Shown here: positions 13,489-24,200 of the stretch, piece after piece
Layout: every line of letters begins with the position of its first letter
Position numbering within the stretch: the first letter of the stretch is position 1
Notes under the pieces: model-generated
Told to the model about the DNA's origin: nothing
Seen by the model: only the letters and a program-made list of their open reading frames with translations
Databases searched by the model: none
Assembly (NCBI GenBank): GCA_044892505.1
Contig: CM097883.1
Coordinates: 286,006,001 to 286,070,000 of the forward strand
Direction of reading: 5' to 3'
DNA: 64,000 nucleotides
DNA from: Schmidtea nova
Taxonomy: Eukaryota
Translations under genes and position numbers: made by a program

Positions 13489-14069
13489 CCCGTTCCTGGC
13501 GGTGGTGCAGAAGGTGCCACTGCACTTGAGCGGCCAAGTCGAAGGGCAGCCACCCACCAAATATTATTATATTTTAAAAAAATAAAATTTTAAATAATTT
13601 ATTTTAATTTGGAGTACTAAACTGTAAAAAAATTAAACTTGCTCGAATTAAGTAAAAGACAAGCTTTCATAAAAACATCTAATTTTCATATAAAAGATTA
13701 AAAAATAATAAATTACAAATTCAAAAAAAAGAAATCGATAGGATTTGAATTAAAAATTACTATAGAAAAATTAAATACAAGAGAAAATATTCATAAAGAA
13801 AGATTCTATAGAAGTAAAAAATAATTTATGAATCAAAAAGTTAAAATTTTGAAGCCGAAAATTCAAATAAAAAGCCAAAAGAAAAGAAATTATAAGACAA
13901 ATAAAAAGAAATTGATAACAAGACAATATTGTTCAAGCGAGAGGGACGAAAAATCACCAAGGAAAATTAACTTGAAATAAGATATTTGTTATTATTCACC
14001 ATGAGTACTGTTTTTTTCTTTTATATAAATAATGTTTGTTATTAAAATTCGTTGTTTGTTGTAAAAATA

Positions 14070-14702
14070 TACATAAGCATACATGACACGATAAAGGAAA
14101 CGATGAATAACAAATGGATTCTGAAATTTGAAGCACCAAAAGAAATTCACGTAGATTGTGGAAAAGCGTTTGAATCGAAGGTAATAAAAGATTTCACAGA
14201 ATCAATGGGAATCACACTGTGTGTATCATCATAATACAAATGGGAGTGTTGAAAGGCAATTTAGGACAATAAGAGATTATGTAAAGGCATCATTAAAAGA
14301 AGGTAATCAAACAAAATGGTCAGATATATTGCCAGAAATTGAATTTACATTAAACGCAACATTTCAAAAGACAATTGGAAGAGTCCTGCTGAAGTGTTAT
14401 TTGGGAGGAAAATATTCAGAGAACGATGGTACAGTAAGAAACCGGGAGAGCATGCCATAGAAAAACCACAGGAGGAAATTGTCACTAGGAGAGAGTTTAA
14501 AATTGGAGATTCGGTACTAGTAAAAGTCGAAACTAGATCCAAAGACAAAGACAGATACAAAGGCCCATATGAAGTGATTCAGATACATGTTAGACGATAT
14601 ACGTTACGGGACGAAAATGGAAGATTGATTCAAAGGAATGTAGAGAAGATGAAAGAATTTCTTAAAGTAGGGGGATGTGAGATATTTAGACATGGTTATT
14701 AG
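14070..14702 (+). pseudogene. Ty3/gypsy integrase C-terminal relic of a small, unrelated element
   Basis: EIHVDCGKAFES, YHHNTNGSVERQFRTI, LPEIEFTLN, FKIGDSVLVK, YKGPYEV split over three frames; followed by purine tract AAAGTAGGGGGA and TGT at 14676. Confidence 0.8.
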
Positions 14703-15104
14703 CGAGCATTAAAATTAAATAATTATTTGGAGATAGTTAAAATAAGTTTTAAATGTGTTATTAAAAATTTTATATTTAATATAATAATATTTTAAGTAAG
14801 TTTTATTAAAAGTAAATAATAATTTGGAGATAGTTAAAGTTTTAAATGTTTTATTAAAAATTTTATATTTAATATAATAATATTTTAAGTAAATTTTATA
14901 AAATATAATTTTATATTAAAATAGTTTAATTTAATTTAAAAAGTTTAATCTTTAAAAAAAATAATAAATATGAATAAAATTTTATAAGTGCTCGTTTTTA
15001 AATTTGTTTAAATGTCCTCAAATCGACAAACATTTTCTTGAAATAAAAATTTTGGATGACTTTAGAATTTGAACTCACTGAAGATGTTTTAACAACATCT
15101 AACA
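14676..15104 (+). repeat. Probable 3' LTR of the small gypsy element
   Basis: Starts TGT right after the PPT; candidate end CATCTAACA at 15104; contains an internal ~90 bp duplication. Right end uncertain. Confidence 0.45.
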
Positions 15105-15653
15105 ACTATGATGAAATTCGTAAAGCATACATGATCTTCATTCTGCATTTTTCCTGTCATTTCTACAGATTTAATGCATATTCATCAAATTACTGAAAAA
15201 ATATTTAAACATTAAACTTACTTCATAAAATGGAAAAAAAACAAATAGTTTTCATATATTTAAACAATTTATTAGTTGATTGAATATGTATTATTGTTGG
15301 ATCCACCATTTGGTCCACATTTAGCATAAAAAATAATAATTATAAGAAATAAAATAAGAATAAATTAAAATAAATATAATTATGAAAATATCAGTAAAAA
15401 CGAATTAAAATGTAATAAAGAATATTAATTTTCTATCAAAATTTAGAAGAAAGTAAATAGAAAATGTAAAAGTGTTAAAGAAACAATGATATTTAATTAT
15501 ATTTAAGGAAAAATAAAGAAATAATAAAGAAAAAGAATTACAAAAAATATTAAAAATCAAAATAGCAAATCGCTAGCAATTGACAACAAAATCAATTGAT
15601 TTTAGCGTAATAAAAGTTATTAATTGTGCTGATCTGATGCTCAGCTTCACGCT

Positions 15654-15688
15654 GATTGGTCCAAGCTTTGATCTGATCAGTATATATA
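15654..15688 (+). promoter_or_regulatory. Putative LTR promoter (inverted CCAAT + TATA)
   Basis: GATTGGTCC...GATCAGTATATATA, conserved in the divergent solo LTR; also present at +22012 in the 3' LTR. Confidence 0.55.
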
Positions 15689-15913
15689 CTGATACAGATC
15701 CAGATAATTTTAATGTTTTTTATATGCTTTTTAGTTATTGAGAATATTCAAATTTGAGATCATTCTTAAAACCAAAGGTATGGATTATTGATTGTTTTTA
15801 TTTGTGTAATTTTATTGTGAAGTTCTGACATTGCCATTATGTTTATCCAATTAATAAAATGTTTTTCGAATATGATTTATTTTTTTTTGTGGTTGAATAT
15901 AGAATTAAATCAA

Positions 15914-16202
15914 GCTTCTTCCACTGTGCAATCAGTGGTAGGAGACGACTTTATATATCTATTATATATCTTTTATTGAGCTTCTTCCATCGTGTAATCG
16001 GTGGAAGGAGGCAACATTATGTTGTGATATTAACAATTAGGTTGAAGTATATTTTTATAAACAATTTTTGGGTCGAGCTTCTTCCACTGTGAAATCAGTG
16101 GAAGGAGGCGAATATATATATTATCTATATACCGTATTTATAGTAGAAAATTACGTACGATTTAAGGGGCTCCGATCACCGTGCAATCGGTGAAATGGAG
16201 GC
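15914..16202 (+). other. Four tandem stem-loops with TG(C/T/A)AAT hexaloop
   Basis: Hairpins at 15914-15946, 15980-16012, 16078-16110, 16168-16202; inner stems ACTG/CAGT, ATCG/CGGT, ACTG/CAGT, ACCG/CGGT. Confidence 0.7.
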
Positions 16203-16668
16203 ATACTGTGCCGAGTAGAAACGACTGCTCCGTACAGTTAGGCCGTCCGACCGGTGTAAAGCGCCGTGACGAGGGTAGGAATTCTTATTTAACAATGATT
16301 TTTAACCCTATTTTTCACTGGATAGTATAACCAGTTGAAGTTTTATTTTATAATCGATTTAAATTTTTTGAGTTTATAGTTAAGTTGAGTTTTGATTTTA
16401 GTTGGATACAGATGTAACTGCGATTTGAGTAATCTGATTTTACCTTGAGATTCACAGAGTGTTAGCGTATATTTTTCGATTGTCACATCTGGGGTTTGTG
16501 GGCATAGAGCGGCAGATACACGGTTAAGAATTTGTACAAAATATAATTTTAATAACAACATAAAAATCGATAACTCTAATAACGTAGTGATCTACTACGC
16601 AAGTAACATAGCAGCAATAGGCTATAGGTTCAAACATTCCACATAAATAATTAAACATAATTGCTTAT

Positions 16669-16806
16669 CCTGAACCCTGTACATAGGGCAGTGGATCTTA
16701 GTTTATTTTAATAATTTTCTTATCCTGATTGCTGTATATAGCACAGGCGTAACTAAATAAAATGCATTATGAAATAAATGTATCTGATCGCTGTACATAG
16801 CGACAG
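16669..16806 (+). other. Three bulged stem-loops with GTA(C/T)AT loop
   Basis: CTG-AA-CCCT-GTACAT-AGGG-CAG; CCTG-AT-TGCT-GTATAT-AGCA-CAGG; CTG-A-TCGCT-GTACAT-AGCGA-CAG; counterparts at 10398-10551. Confidence 0.7.
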
Positions 16807-16934
16807 TGTTGAAAGTGTAATAGGTAAATCATTTTCTCTTCCTGAATTCGCAATTAATGATTGTCGAAAGTATGAGAATCGTTCAAAGCAAGACTGCCAA
16901 TTTCATGTTAATAAACCATTTTGAATTTTAGAAA

Positions 16935-17525
16935 ATGTCAGCCAACACAGCAACTAATCAAGCCGAATTAGATAAAGCATGGAGGATAATTCGCAGCCTC
17001 GAAAAGGAAATGCTGCGAAAATCGGAAAAAATAAAAGAAGCCGATGGCATAATCTCCAACCTAAAGAAAAGCTGGTTCAATCCAGAACAAATGAAAATAC
17101 AAATTACAAAAACTCAACGCTCTCAGCGAGCTAACAGCGAATTACAAATGGAATTAGACGCGACGAAGATGGAATTAAAGAAATGCCTAAAATCCGTAAC
17201 GGCATCGTATTTAACTCAAGAGCTCAGCCAGCTCATTCGACCAATCATTTATCAGCATTGGGCTGACGAGAAAGCAGGATGCACAAAAGGAACGAACACC
17301 GAGGAACCCTCTCAGGTTCAAGCAACAACAGCAGCCAGTACACCAAAGAACCCGATAAATCCAGAAGTCAAGAAGAAAAAGAAGAGCAAGATGGGCGCAC
17401 GTCAGCGTCGCTGGAAGAAACAAGTTCTTCAGCAATTGGCTCAACAATCCAAAGAAATTCCAGAAATTGATTTGACCATGAATTTTGCAATATCGGATGA
17501 AGACATTACCAAATACTTTGAATAG
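16935..17525 (+). CDS. LTR-encoded coiled-coil protein with Arg/Lys-rich motif (196 aa)
   Basis: Intact in both LTRs, homologous ORF in the solo LTR; basic motif KKKKKSKMGARQRRWKK; preceded by TTTTAG|AAA ATG. Confidence 0.8.
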   Translation: MSANTATNQAELDKAWRIIRSLEKEMLRKSEKIKEADGIISNLKKSWFNPEQMKIQITKTQRSQRANSELQMELDATKMELKKCLKSVTASYLTQELSQLIRPIIYQHWADEKAGCTKGTNTEEPSQVQATTAASTPKNPINPEVKKKKKSKMGARQRRWKKQVLQQLAQQSKEIPEIDLTMNFAISDEDITKYFE

Positions 17526-18124
17526 AACTTCTGTGATTTAGTATTTTCGCTTATTAAATAATTTTTGTTTGTATTTATTTTATGGTAAAGTATAGAAAAT
17601 AGAGTGATTTATTAAAAAATTTAAAATAATTTAAAGGAAAATATAGAATAAATTAACTATACATTAGAATTAACAATAAGATTAACATAAATCTAATAAA
17701 CAATAGAAGCATTTAAGAGATAATAAATTGTAATTGATGAAGGATTATTTGTTGATATTGTAAAGAAGGGGGCTGAAAGAAAAGTAGAGAGTTGAAATAT
17801 ATTGTAGAGAAAGGGGGCTAAAGAGACATTGAAATGAAAGATAATGGATGCGGATAGATTAAAGTTAAAGCGTAAGTCCTTCTATCGGCAGCGAGACGAA
17901 CCCGTGAACATAAATGGGGAGTAGTTTTAGCAATAGAGCTCACCTGCCCATCATTGTTCAGACACCTTGCACTTTTCCAACTCGATTATTACAGGGAAAT
18001 GATCGAGGGTGCTCGTGTGATATGTAAGCATTTTATGTGAGGTTTTGGATGGAGGAATCCCTAGAGCGTTTTGTTTAATTTACTATTTTTGTTTTAACCC
18101 AATCCGAAACCAACAACATAAATT

Positions 18125-18142
18125 TGGGGGCTCAGCCGGGAT
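18125..18142 (+). promoter_or_regulatory. Primer-binding site, tRNA-Pro type
   Basis: TGGGGGCTCAGCCGGGAT 6 nt after the LTR end; resembles the canonical tRNA-Pro PBS TGGGGGCTCGTCCGGGAT. Confidence 0.85.
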
Positions 18143-18514
18143 GAAAATGGTTTTTGTGCGAAAAGTGAATCCAATAATAACCAGGAGTTTTAAAATGCCC
18201 CTCAACCGAAAATTTAATTGATTTTGTGATTAGAAGTGAAAACAATATCAACAGAGAATTTTTAAAGAAACAATGAGTGAATAAATATAACAACAGACGA
18301 TTAAAAATTGATATTAAAATAAAATAAATAAACACAAATAAATATGTCGGGACGACAATTTGATGAAACAGGGAGAGGTTTAACAACGGAAAACGAAATG
18401 TACCACTACTTTTGACCAACACAAATCGAACAAATAGAGAAACAAGATGTTGAAATTTTTAATTTTTATACCAAATAAAGCAGCAATCATATTAACAATA
18501 TCAATTATTTAGCA

Positions 18515-18976
18515 ATGAACGACAAATTAAAGGAAACAGAGGAATTCCTAAACACGGAAAACAAAACATACGATGAATTATGCGAGAAAATAAGTCGAAT
18601 AAGAGAATCCGGATTCAAAGAACCCATGACACAAACTGAAGAGACAACAGAGCTGATAAAAATAATGGAAAGAGTAGACAAAATAGATATAACTACTAGA
18701 TATAAATGGTACCGAACGAGATTAGAAAATGCTGATGTAAACATAAAATGCAGACAGTTAGAGCAACAATTAACTCCAACATACAACAAGTGGACAATAC
18801 AAGGAACTGAGACAGCTAAGAAATTTAAACTGTGTTACATATGTCGAGAAAGGGAGAATAAAATCATGTTTTTACCTTGTGGACATTTTCGGTTTTGTGG
18901 AATCTGTGCAGCCAACTGCGACAAATGCCCGATGTGCAATCTCGAAATAGACGAAAGAATTACTGTGTATTTATAA
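18515..18976 (+). CDS. Coiled-coil + IAP-type C3HC4 RING protein (no BIR)
   Basis: C-terminal CYIC...FLPCGH..CGICA...CPMC...ITVYL matches IAP/MDM2-type RING ends. Confidence 0.85.
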   Translation: MNDKLKETEEFLNTENKTYDELCEKISRIRESGFKEPMTQTEETTELIKIMERVDKIDITTRYKWYRTRLENADVNIKCRQLEQQLTPTYNKWTIQGTETAKKFKLCYICRERENKIMFLPCGHFRFCGICAANCDKCPMCNLEIDERITVYL

Positions 18977-19019
18977 TAAATAAATGATGAATTTAGTAAT
19001 ATTATTTGTAATAAGTAAA

Positions 19020-19150
19020 ATATGAGAATTCATTGTTCATAATGAGAATTAATATGAGAATTCATAATGAGAATTAATATGAGATGAGAATTAATATGAG
19101 AATTCATAATGAGAATTAATATGAGAATTGACAACGAGAATTTATAATGA
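19020..19150 (+). repeat. Short ATGAGAATT-based tandem repeat
   Basis: About ten degenerate copies of ATGAGAATT at ~12 bp spacing. Confidence 0.8.
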
Positions 19151-19613
19151 AAATTGATAATGGCAATGACAGAAATCATAATAACAATTGATATTTATAA
19201 ATAATTTTTGAGCTGCTCACGAGTAGTCCGTTAAGCACCCATTGGGAGGAACCAACTGATCAACTTACCCGAGATGTATAGAAAGGGGCCCATCGCGGAA
19301 ATTGGAAAGCTTTTGTGATGTGACTGATCACCACATCTTGCATTAGTAGACCAATGCGATCTTTTTGTATGTTTTGGTTGGGGTGAAAGGTAGGGACAAT
19401 CTAATGAGGTTTAAGTGCATGCAGAAAATACAAATAAAAATGAGAGAATAGAACACTGATCAGTGGAAGTCGAAAGAACATTAAGTAAATAAGTAGAATG
19501 AAAGTTAATGTGATAACTCTCATAAAAATAGAGATAATTCAGCTGAATGATAACTAGCGAAGTGGATAATTGCGGTTAACCGGTTAAAGAGATTAGTTAA
19601 ATACCTTGTATAA

Positions 19614-20338
19614 AAGGGTCAAGGGCAAATAAGCCATATTAGTTACTCTGAAAGAAGGGTCAAGGGCAAATAAGCCATATTAGTTACTCTGAAAGAAGGG
19701 TCAAGGGCAAATAAGCCATATTAGTTACTCTGAAAGAAGGGTCAAGGGCAAATAAGCCATATTAGTTACTCTGAAAGAAGGGTCAAGGGCAAATAAGCCA
19801 TATTAGTTACTCTGAAAGAAGGGTCAAGGGCAAATAAGCCATATTAGTTACTCTGAAAGAAGGGTCAAGGGCAAATAAGCCATATTAGTTACTCTGAAAG
19901 AAGGGTCAAGGGCAAATAAGCCATATTAGTTACTCTGAAAGAAGGGTCAAGGGCAAATAAGCCATATTAGTTACTCTGAAAGAAGGGTCAAGGGCAAACA
20001 AGCCATATTAGTTACTCTGAAAGAAGGGTCAAGGGCAAATAAGCCATATTAGTTACTCTGAAAGAAGGGTCAAGGGCAAATAAGCCATATTAGTTACTCT
20101 GAAAGAAGGGTCAAGGGCAAATAAGCCATATTAGTTACCCTGAAAGAAGGGTCAAGGGGCAACGAGCCGTATTAGTTAATTACTCTGAAAGAAGGGTCAA
20201 GGGCCAACGAGCCGTATTAGTTAATTACTCTGAAAGAAGGGTCAAGGGCCAACGAGCCGTATTAGTTAATTACTCTGAAAGAAGGGTCAAGGGCCAACGA
20301 GCCATATTAGTTAGTTACTCTGAAAGAAGGGTCAATGG
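19614..20338 (+). repeat. Tandem array A: 13 x 41 bp then 4 x 45 bp units
   Basis: Unit AAGGGTCAAGGGCAAATAAGCCATATTAGTTACTCTGAAAG; period counted from AAGGGC positions 19621...20154, then 45 bp variants. Confidence 0.95.
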
Positions 20339-20339
20339 C

Positions 20340-20590
20340 AACATAAGAATTTGAACCTATGATTGCAATAGCGATAGCAACACAAGGAATGTGAACCTGT
20401 GATTGCGATTGTGGATAGCAACACAAGGAATGTGAACCTGTGATTGCGATTATGGATAGCAACATAAGGAATGTGAACCTATGATTGCGATAGTTGATAG
20501 CAACGTAAGGAATATGAACCTATGGTTGCATTGTGAATAACAACGAAAGGAATATGAACCTAAAATTGTAGTCGTCAACGACGTAGGAAT
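20340..20590 (+). repeat. Tandem array B: six degenerate 40-41 bp units
   Basis: Unit like AACACAAGGAATGTGAACCTGTGATTGCGATTGTGGATAGC; GAACCT at 20353, 20393, 20434, 20475, 20516, 20556. Confidence 0.85.
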
Positions 20591-21226
20591 AGTGAGCATT
20601 AGAGTTTGAGTAATAAAAGTAAAGATGATTAAGTAAACTAGAGATTCAGTATGCATACGAGTAGAAATAGGAATAAGAGAAATTAGAGTTGACCGGAAAA
20701 ACCGGTAGAAATAGTGAGAATAATGAATAATGATGAGAAATTAGAGATGACTGGAAAATTTGATAGGAATAGTGAGAATAGTGAGTAATGATGATATAAT
20801 GAATAGTGATAAAATGATAATTGAGTCAGGAGAACTCAAGGGAATTAAAGCGTTTGAGCGACAAATTAAATTGGGAGACTGAGGGAAAAGTAACGAATTT
20901 ATTGGATAACGATAGATAATTATTACGACCATATAGATAATTGTTACCAGTGAATAGATAATTTAAATAGACTTAAATAAAGGGGAAACCGGGAATGGGG
21001 AAACAATGGAAACCCAATAATGAGGAATAAAAGCGCAACGATAACAATGATGTATCGTTGAAGTGACTTTTTAATTTAGATATACGGAACAGAACAAGTC
21101 AAAACAACCAACCAATCAATCAGAATACGATAACAGAGAAACAGAAAAATTGATAAATTAAAGAAAAGTAAACCGAGATCAAGAGCAGTTAAAAATCAAG
21201 AAGTTAATAATTCACAAAGAAATAAA

Positions 21227-24200
21227 TTGAGATCAAGAGCAGTTAGTGCTACAATCGAAAAAGTTGATAATTCACAGAGAAATAAATCGAAACAAAGAGC
21301 AACCAGTGCTACAAAGAAAACAAATCCTAAAGGAAGCAAATCAAGAAGAGTAATAGTAGAAAAGTCAAAAATCGAAAACAGTAAATTAACAAAAACTAAC
21401 GAAAGTGAAACAGAAGAAAGTGCAAGTGAAACCTACGATAATTATAATAATACGGAAGCATCAGATAACGAGTCAATAAACACAGAAGAAGTAGAAGCAG
21501 AAATTGATAATAATTCAAACGAAACGAATAACGAGCATACTAGTGAAACAAGAGGAAACGAGAGTAAAACGACACAAGACAGCGGAATCGAAATAAACGA
21601 ACATAAAGAGGAAATTAAAGATAAATTTACTGGAGAACCATTCAATGGAGATGCCAGCAAGTTAGAAACGTTTTTAAAAGAATTTGGTATATTTGTAGAA
21701 GTGTGTAAATGGAAACCAGAAACGATAAGGAGCAGAATTCAGTTATATTTAAAAGACAGTGCGTTAGACTTATATTTAGAAGCTAAAAATTCGGATGATC
21801 AACTCGATAGTTGGGAAAAGATAAAGAATTTTTTCCAGCAAACGTTTGGAATAAATAAAGTATTAAATGAAGCATTTACAGAATTTTCAATGAGGAAGCA
21901 GAAAGTTAATGAATCAAATGCAGTATATGCAAGTGAATTAAAGAAATTGGCTAAATTAGCATTTAATCAAAATAGTCCAATGAGTCCAGAATTAATGGCA
22001 GCAATTTTTGTGGGGGGATTGAGAAGACCCTATATAAGAGCACAAGTTGGATGCCAAGGTTGTAAAACAATAGATGAAGCGTTGGAAATCGCCAACAGAT
22101 TTGAATTACATATGATCGGAAGTGAAGGAAGAATTTACCTAGCAATGGATACGACACAAAACGAACAAGCAATAAAGATAAATAACCATATTCCGAATTC
22201 ACAGCAATTAAACCGACCACCACCTCAAAGGAGAAATGAGGGAAACAAAATACAAAATTACAGAAACCAAAATAATTATAGTACGCAAGGACAAACAAAG
22301 CAATGTCAAACCTGTGGAAAGTTAGGACATTGGCAACAAGAATGTTTCGCGAATTTAAATTGTAAAAAGTGTGGAAGAAAAGGACATTCGGAAAGTAGAT
22401 GTTACCTGAATTCATGTTATAACTGTGGACAACCAGGTCATATGGCAAAGAATTGCCAACAACAAAACAACCAGCAAAGGAATTGGTCGAACAACGGAAA
22501 TCGACAAAATTATACGAATCAACAGAGTAACGGAAACCGTCAGAATTTTGAAAATCAACAGAGTAATTATAACCAGAATAAAAGTACCACCAAGGAAATA
22601 CATTTATTACAAGAAGTTCAGAGATTGACAGAGTTAATAAATAATACACCGAGAGGAAATCAACAAACGAATCAACAACAAATGAATATGATGAGAAAAG
22701 TGGAAAGTGAAAATGAACGACTAAATCGAGAAAGTCAAGCACGACATGCTCAAGAATGGGCAAGAATACAAAGAGAAGACGAACAGAAACGACAAGAAAG
22801 AGAACGACAACCATTGAGAATTAATATGATGAGAGCAACGAATCAAACAAGAGATAACAAAGAAGATATCGAACCAGAAACAAACCAGATAAACCCAAAT
22901 CCGGAAGATGAAGAAAACCAAAAAGAAATAGTACAAGAAAACGAAGAAGTTATTGAACAAAAAATGATGTTGGTAGTCATGCCAAACGATCATGTATTTC
23001 GATTTGAATATGATGAAAAAGAGGAAGTAGGAGTATTAATTAATAAAGTAAACAAGACGATTCCGGGAATGACGAAACTACCCCGAGAAGCATTTTTACA
23101 GACAGAAGACGAAGCAGCAATAAAATTGAAACCAACCGACATATGGAAAGATTTAGGAGTACCAATGAATAAAATGAAAGTCACAGTTATCCAAGAAATA
23201 GAAGAAAATAACGATGAAGAGAAATCAAAACCAGTAACAAAAGTCAAAAGTAGAGCATTGAAGATATTTGAAGAGAAAATCAAACAGAGAAAAGCGATGG
23301 AGATAGAGAAACGAAGAGGCCAAATAGAAGAACCAAAAAATAATGACAAAAAAGAAGAGATACCACCAAAAAATGTACCAGATAAAGTAGAACAGACAGC
23401 ACATATAAACATGTTAAGAAACTTAACTAGAGAATTTTCAGATGTAGAAAGTGACAGTGATGTCAGTAGTTTAGCAGGAGATATGCTAAAAGAACCAGAA
23501 AATGAAGACAACAAGATAGAAGTAGCGAAGACGCCAGAAAATATACAAATTAAAGAAGATGAAATTCAGAAACTATTAGATAATGCGTTAGAAGTGATTT
23601 ATAACGAAGAATTTATTGATAAGAAGCGATATCGAAAATTTATAAGAGCAGTATTCCGAATGAACTATAAAGAACGATTACAAAGTCGTGAAATAGAGAT
23701 ATTATCAGGATACGTCGTCAAACTATTAGATGAACCACTCCATGAATACATAATTTTAATAGAAATAAACGAATGTTCACCAAGAATTTGGATCAAATCT
23801 CCATGCACGAACGAAATTTATCGATGGGTAGAAGACAGATTAGGAAGTTCGTATAAAAACAAATTTATATATTCAGGAAATGAACTTGTAAGACGAGCAA
23901 CGCATTTGGTAGAAACAGGCATATGGCCAGGAGAGATAACAACATTATCAATATGCGACAATAAGAAAGAGGAGAATTTACAAGAAATCGCAAAGGAAGC
24001 AAATATGTGTTTTGAGATGAGAATTAAACCTCAGTTAGTAGAAAGGAAAGAAAGAATTCTCAGAGAAAATTTAAATTCACTAATAGAACAAATTATTCAA
24101 CAAATCGACAAGAATAGAGAAGAATTAACGAAAACTGAATATGAGAAATTAAAACAATGCATCGAAAATATACGAGATACCAGCCATACGAGACATTCGT

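Larger units (their letters stand above)
15295..18118 (+). repeat. 5' LTR (2824 bp)
   Basis: Nearly identical to 37307-40131; by eye at least 3 substitutions (e.g. 17080/39092, 17248/39260) and one 1 bp G-run indel. Confidence 0.95.

Noticed and set aside
14070-14702. Integrase as the missing Pol of the giant element
   Set aside because: Lies outside the TSD-bounded element, is frameshifted and has its own PPT and a different LTR.
15859-16561. Short LTR ORFs 15859-16092 (+) and 16343-16561 (-)
   Set aside because: Low-complexity, no homologue in the solo LTR; the first merely overlaps the hairpin array.
18125-18142. tRNA gene
   Set aside because: Only an 18 nt complement of a tRNA 3' end (PBS); no cloverleaf.
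19614-20338. CRISPR-like array
   Set aside because: Units are contiguous and near-identical with no unique spacers; eukaryotic context, no cas genes.
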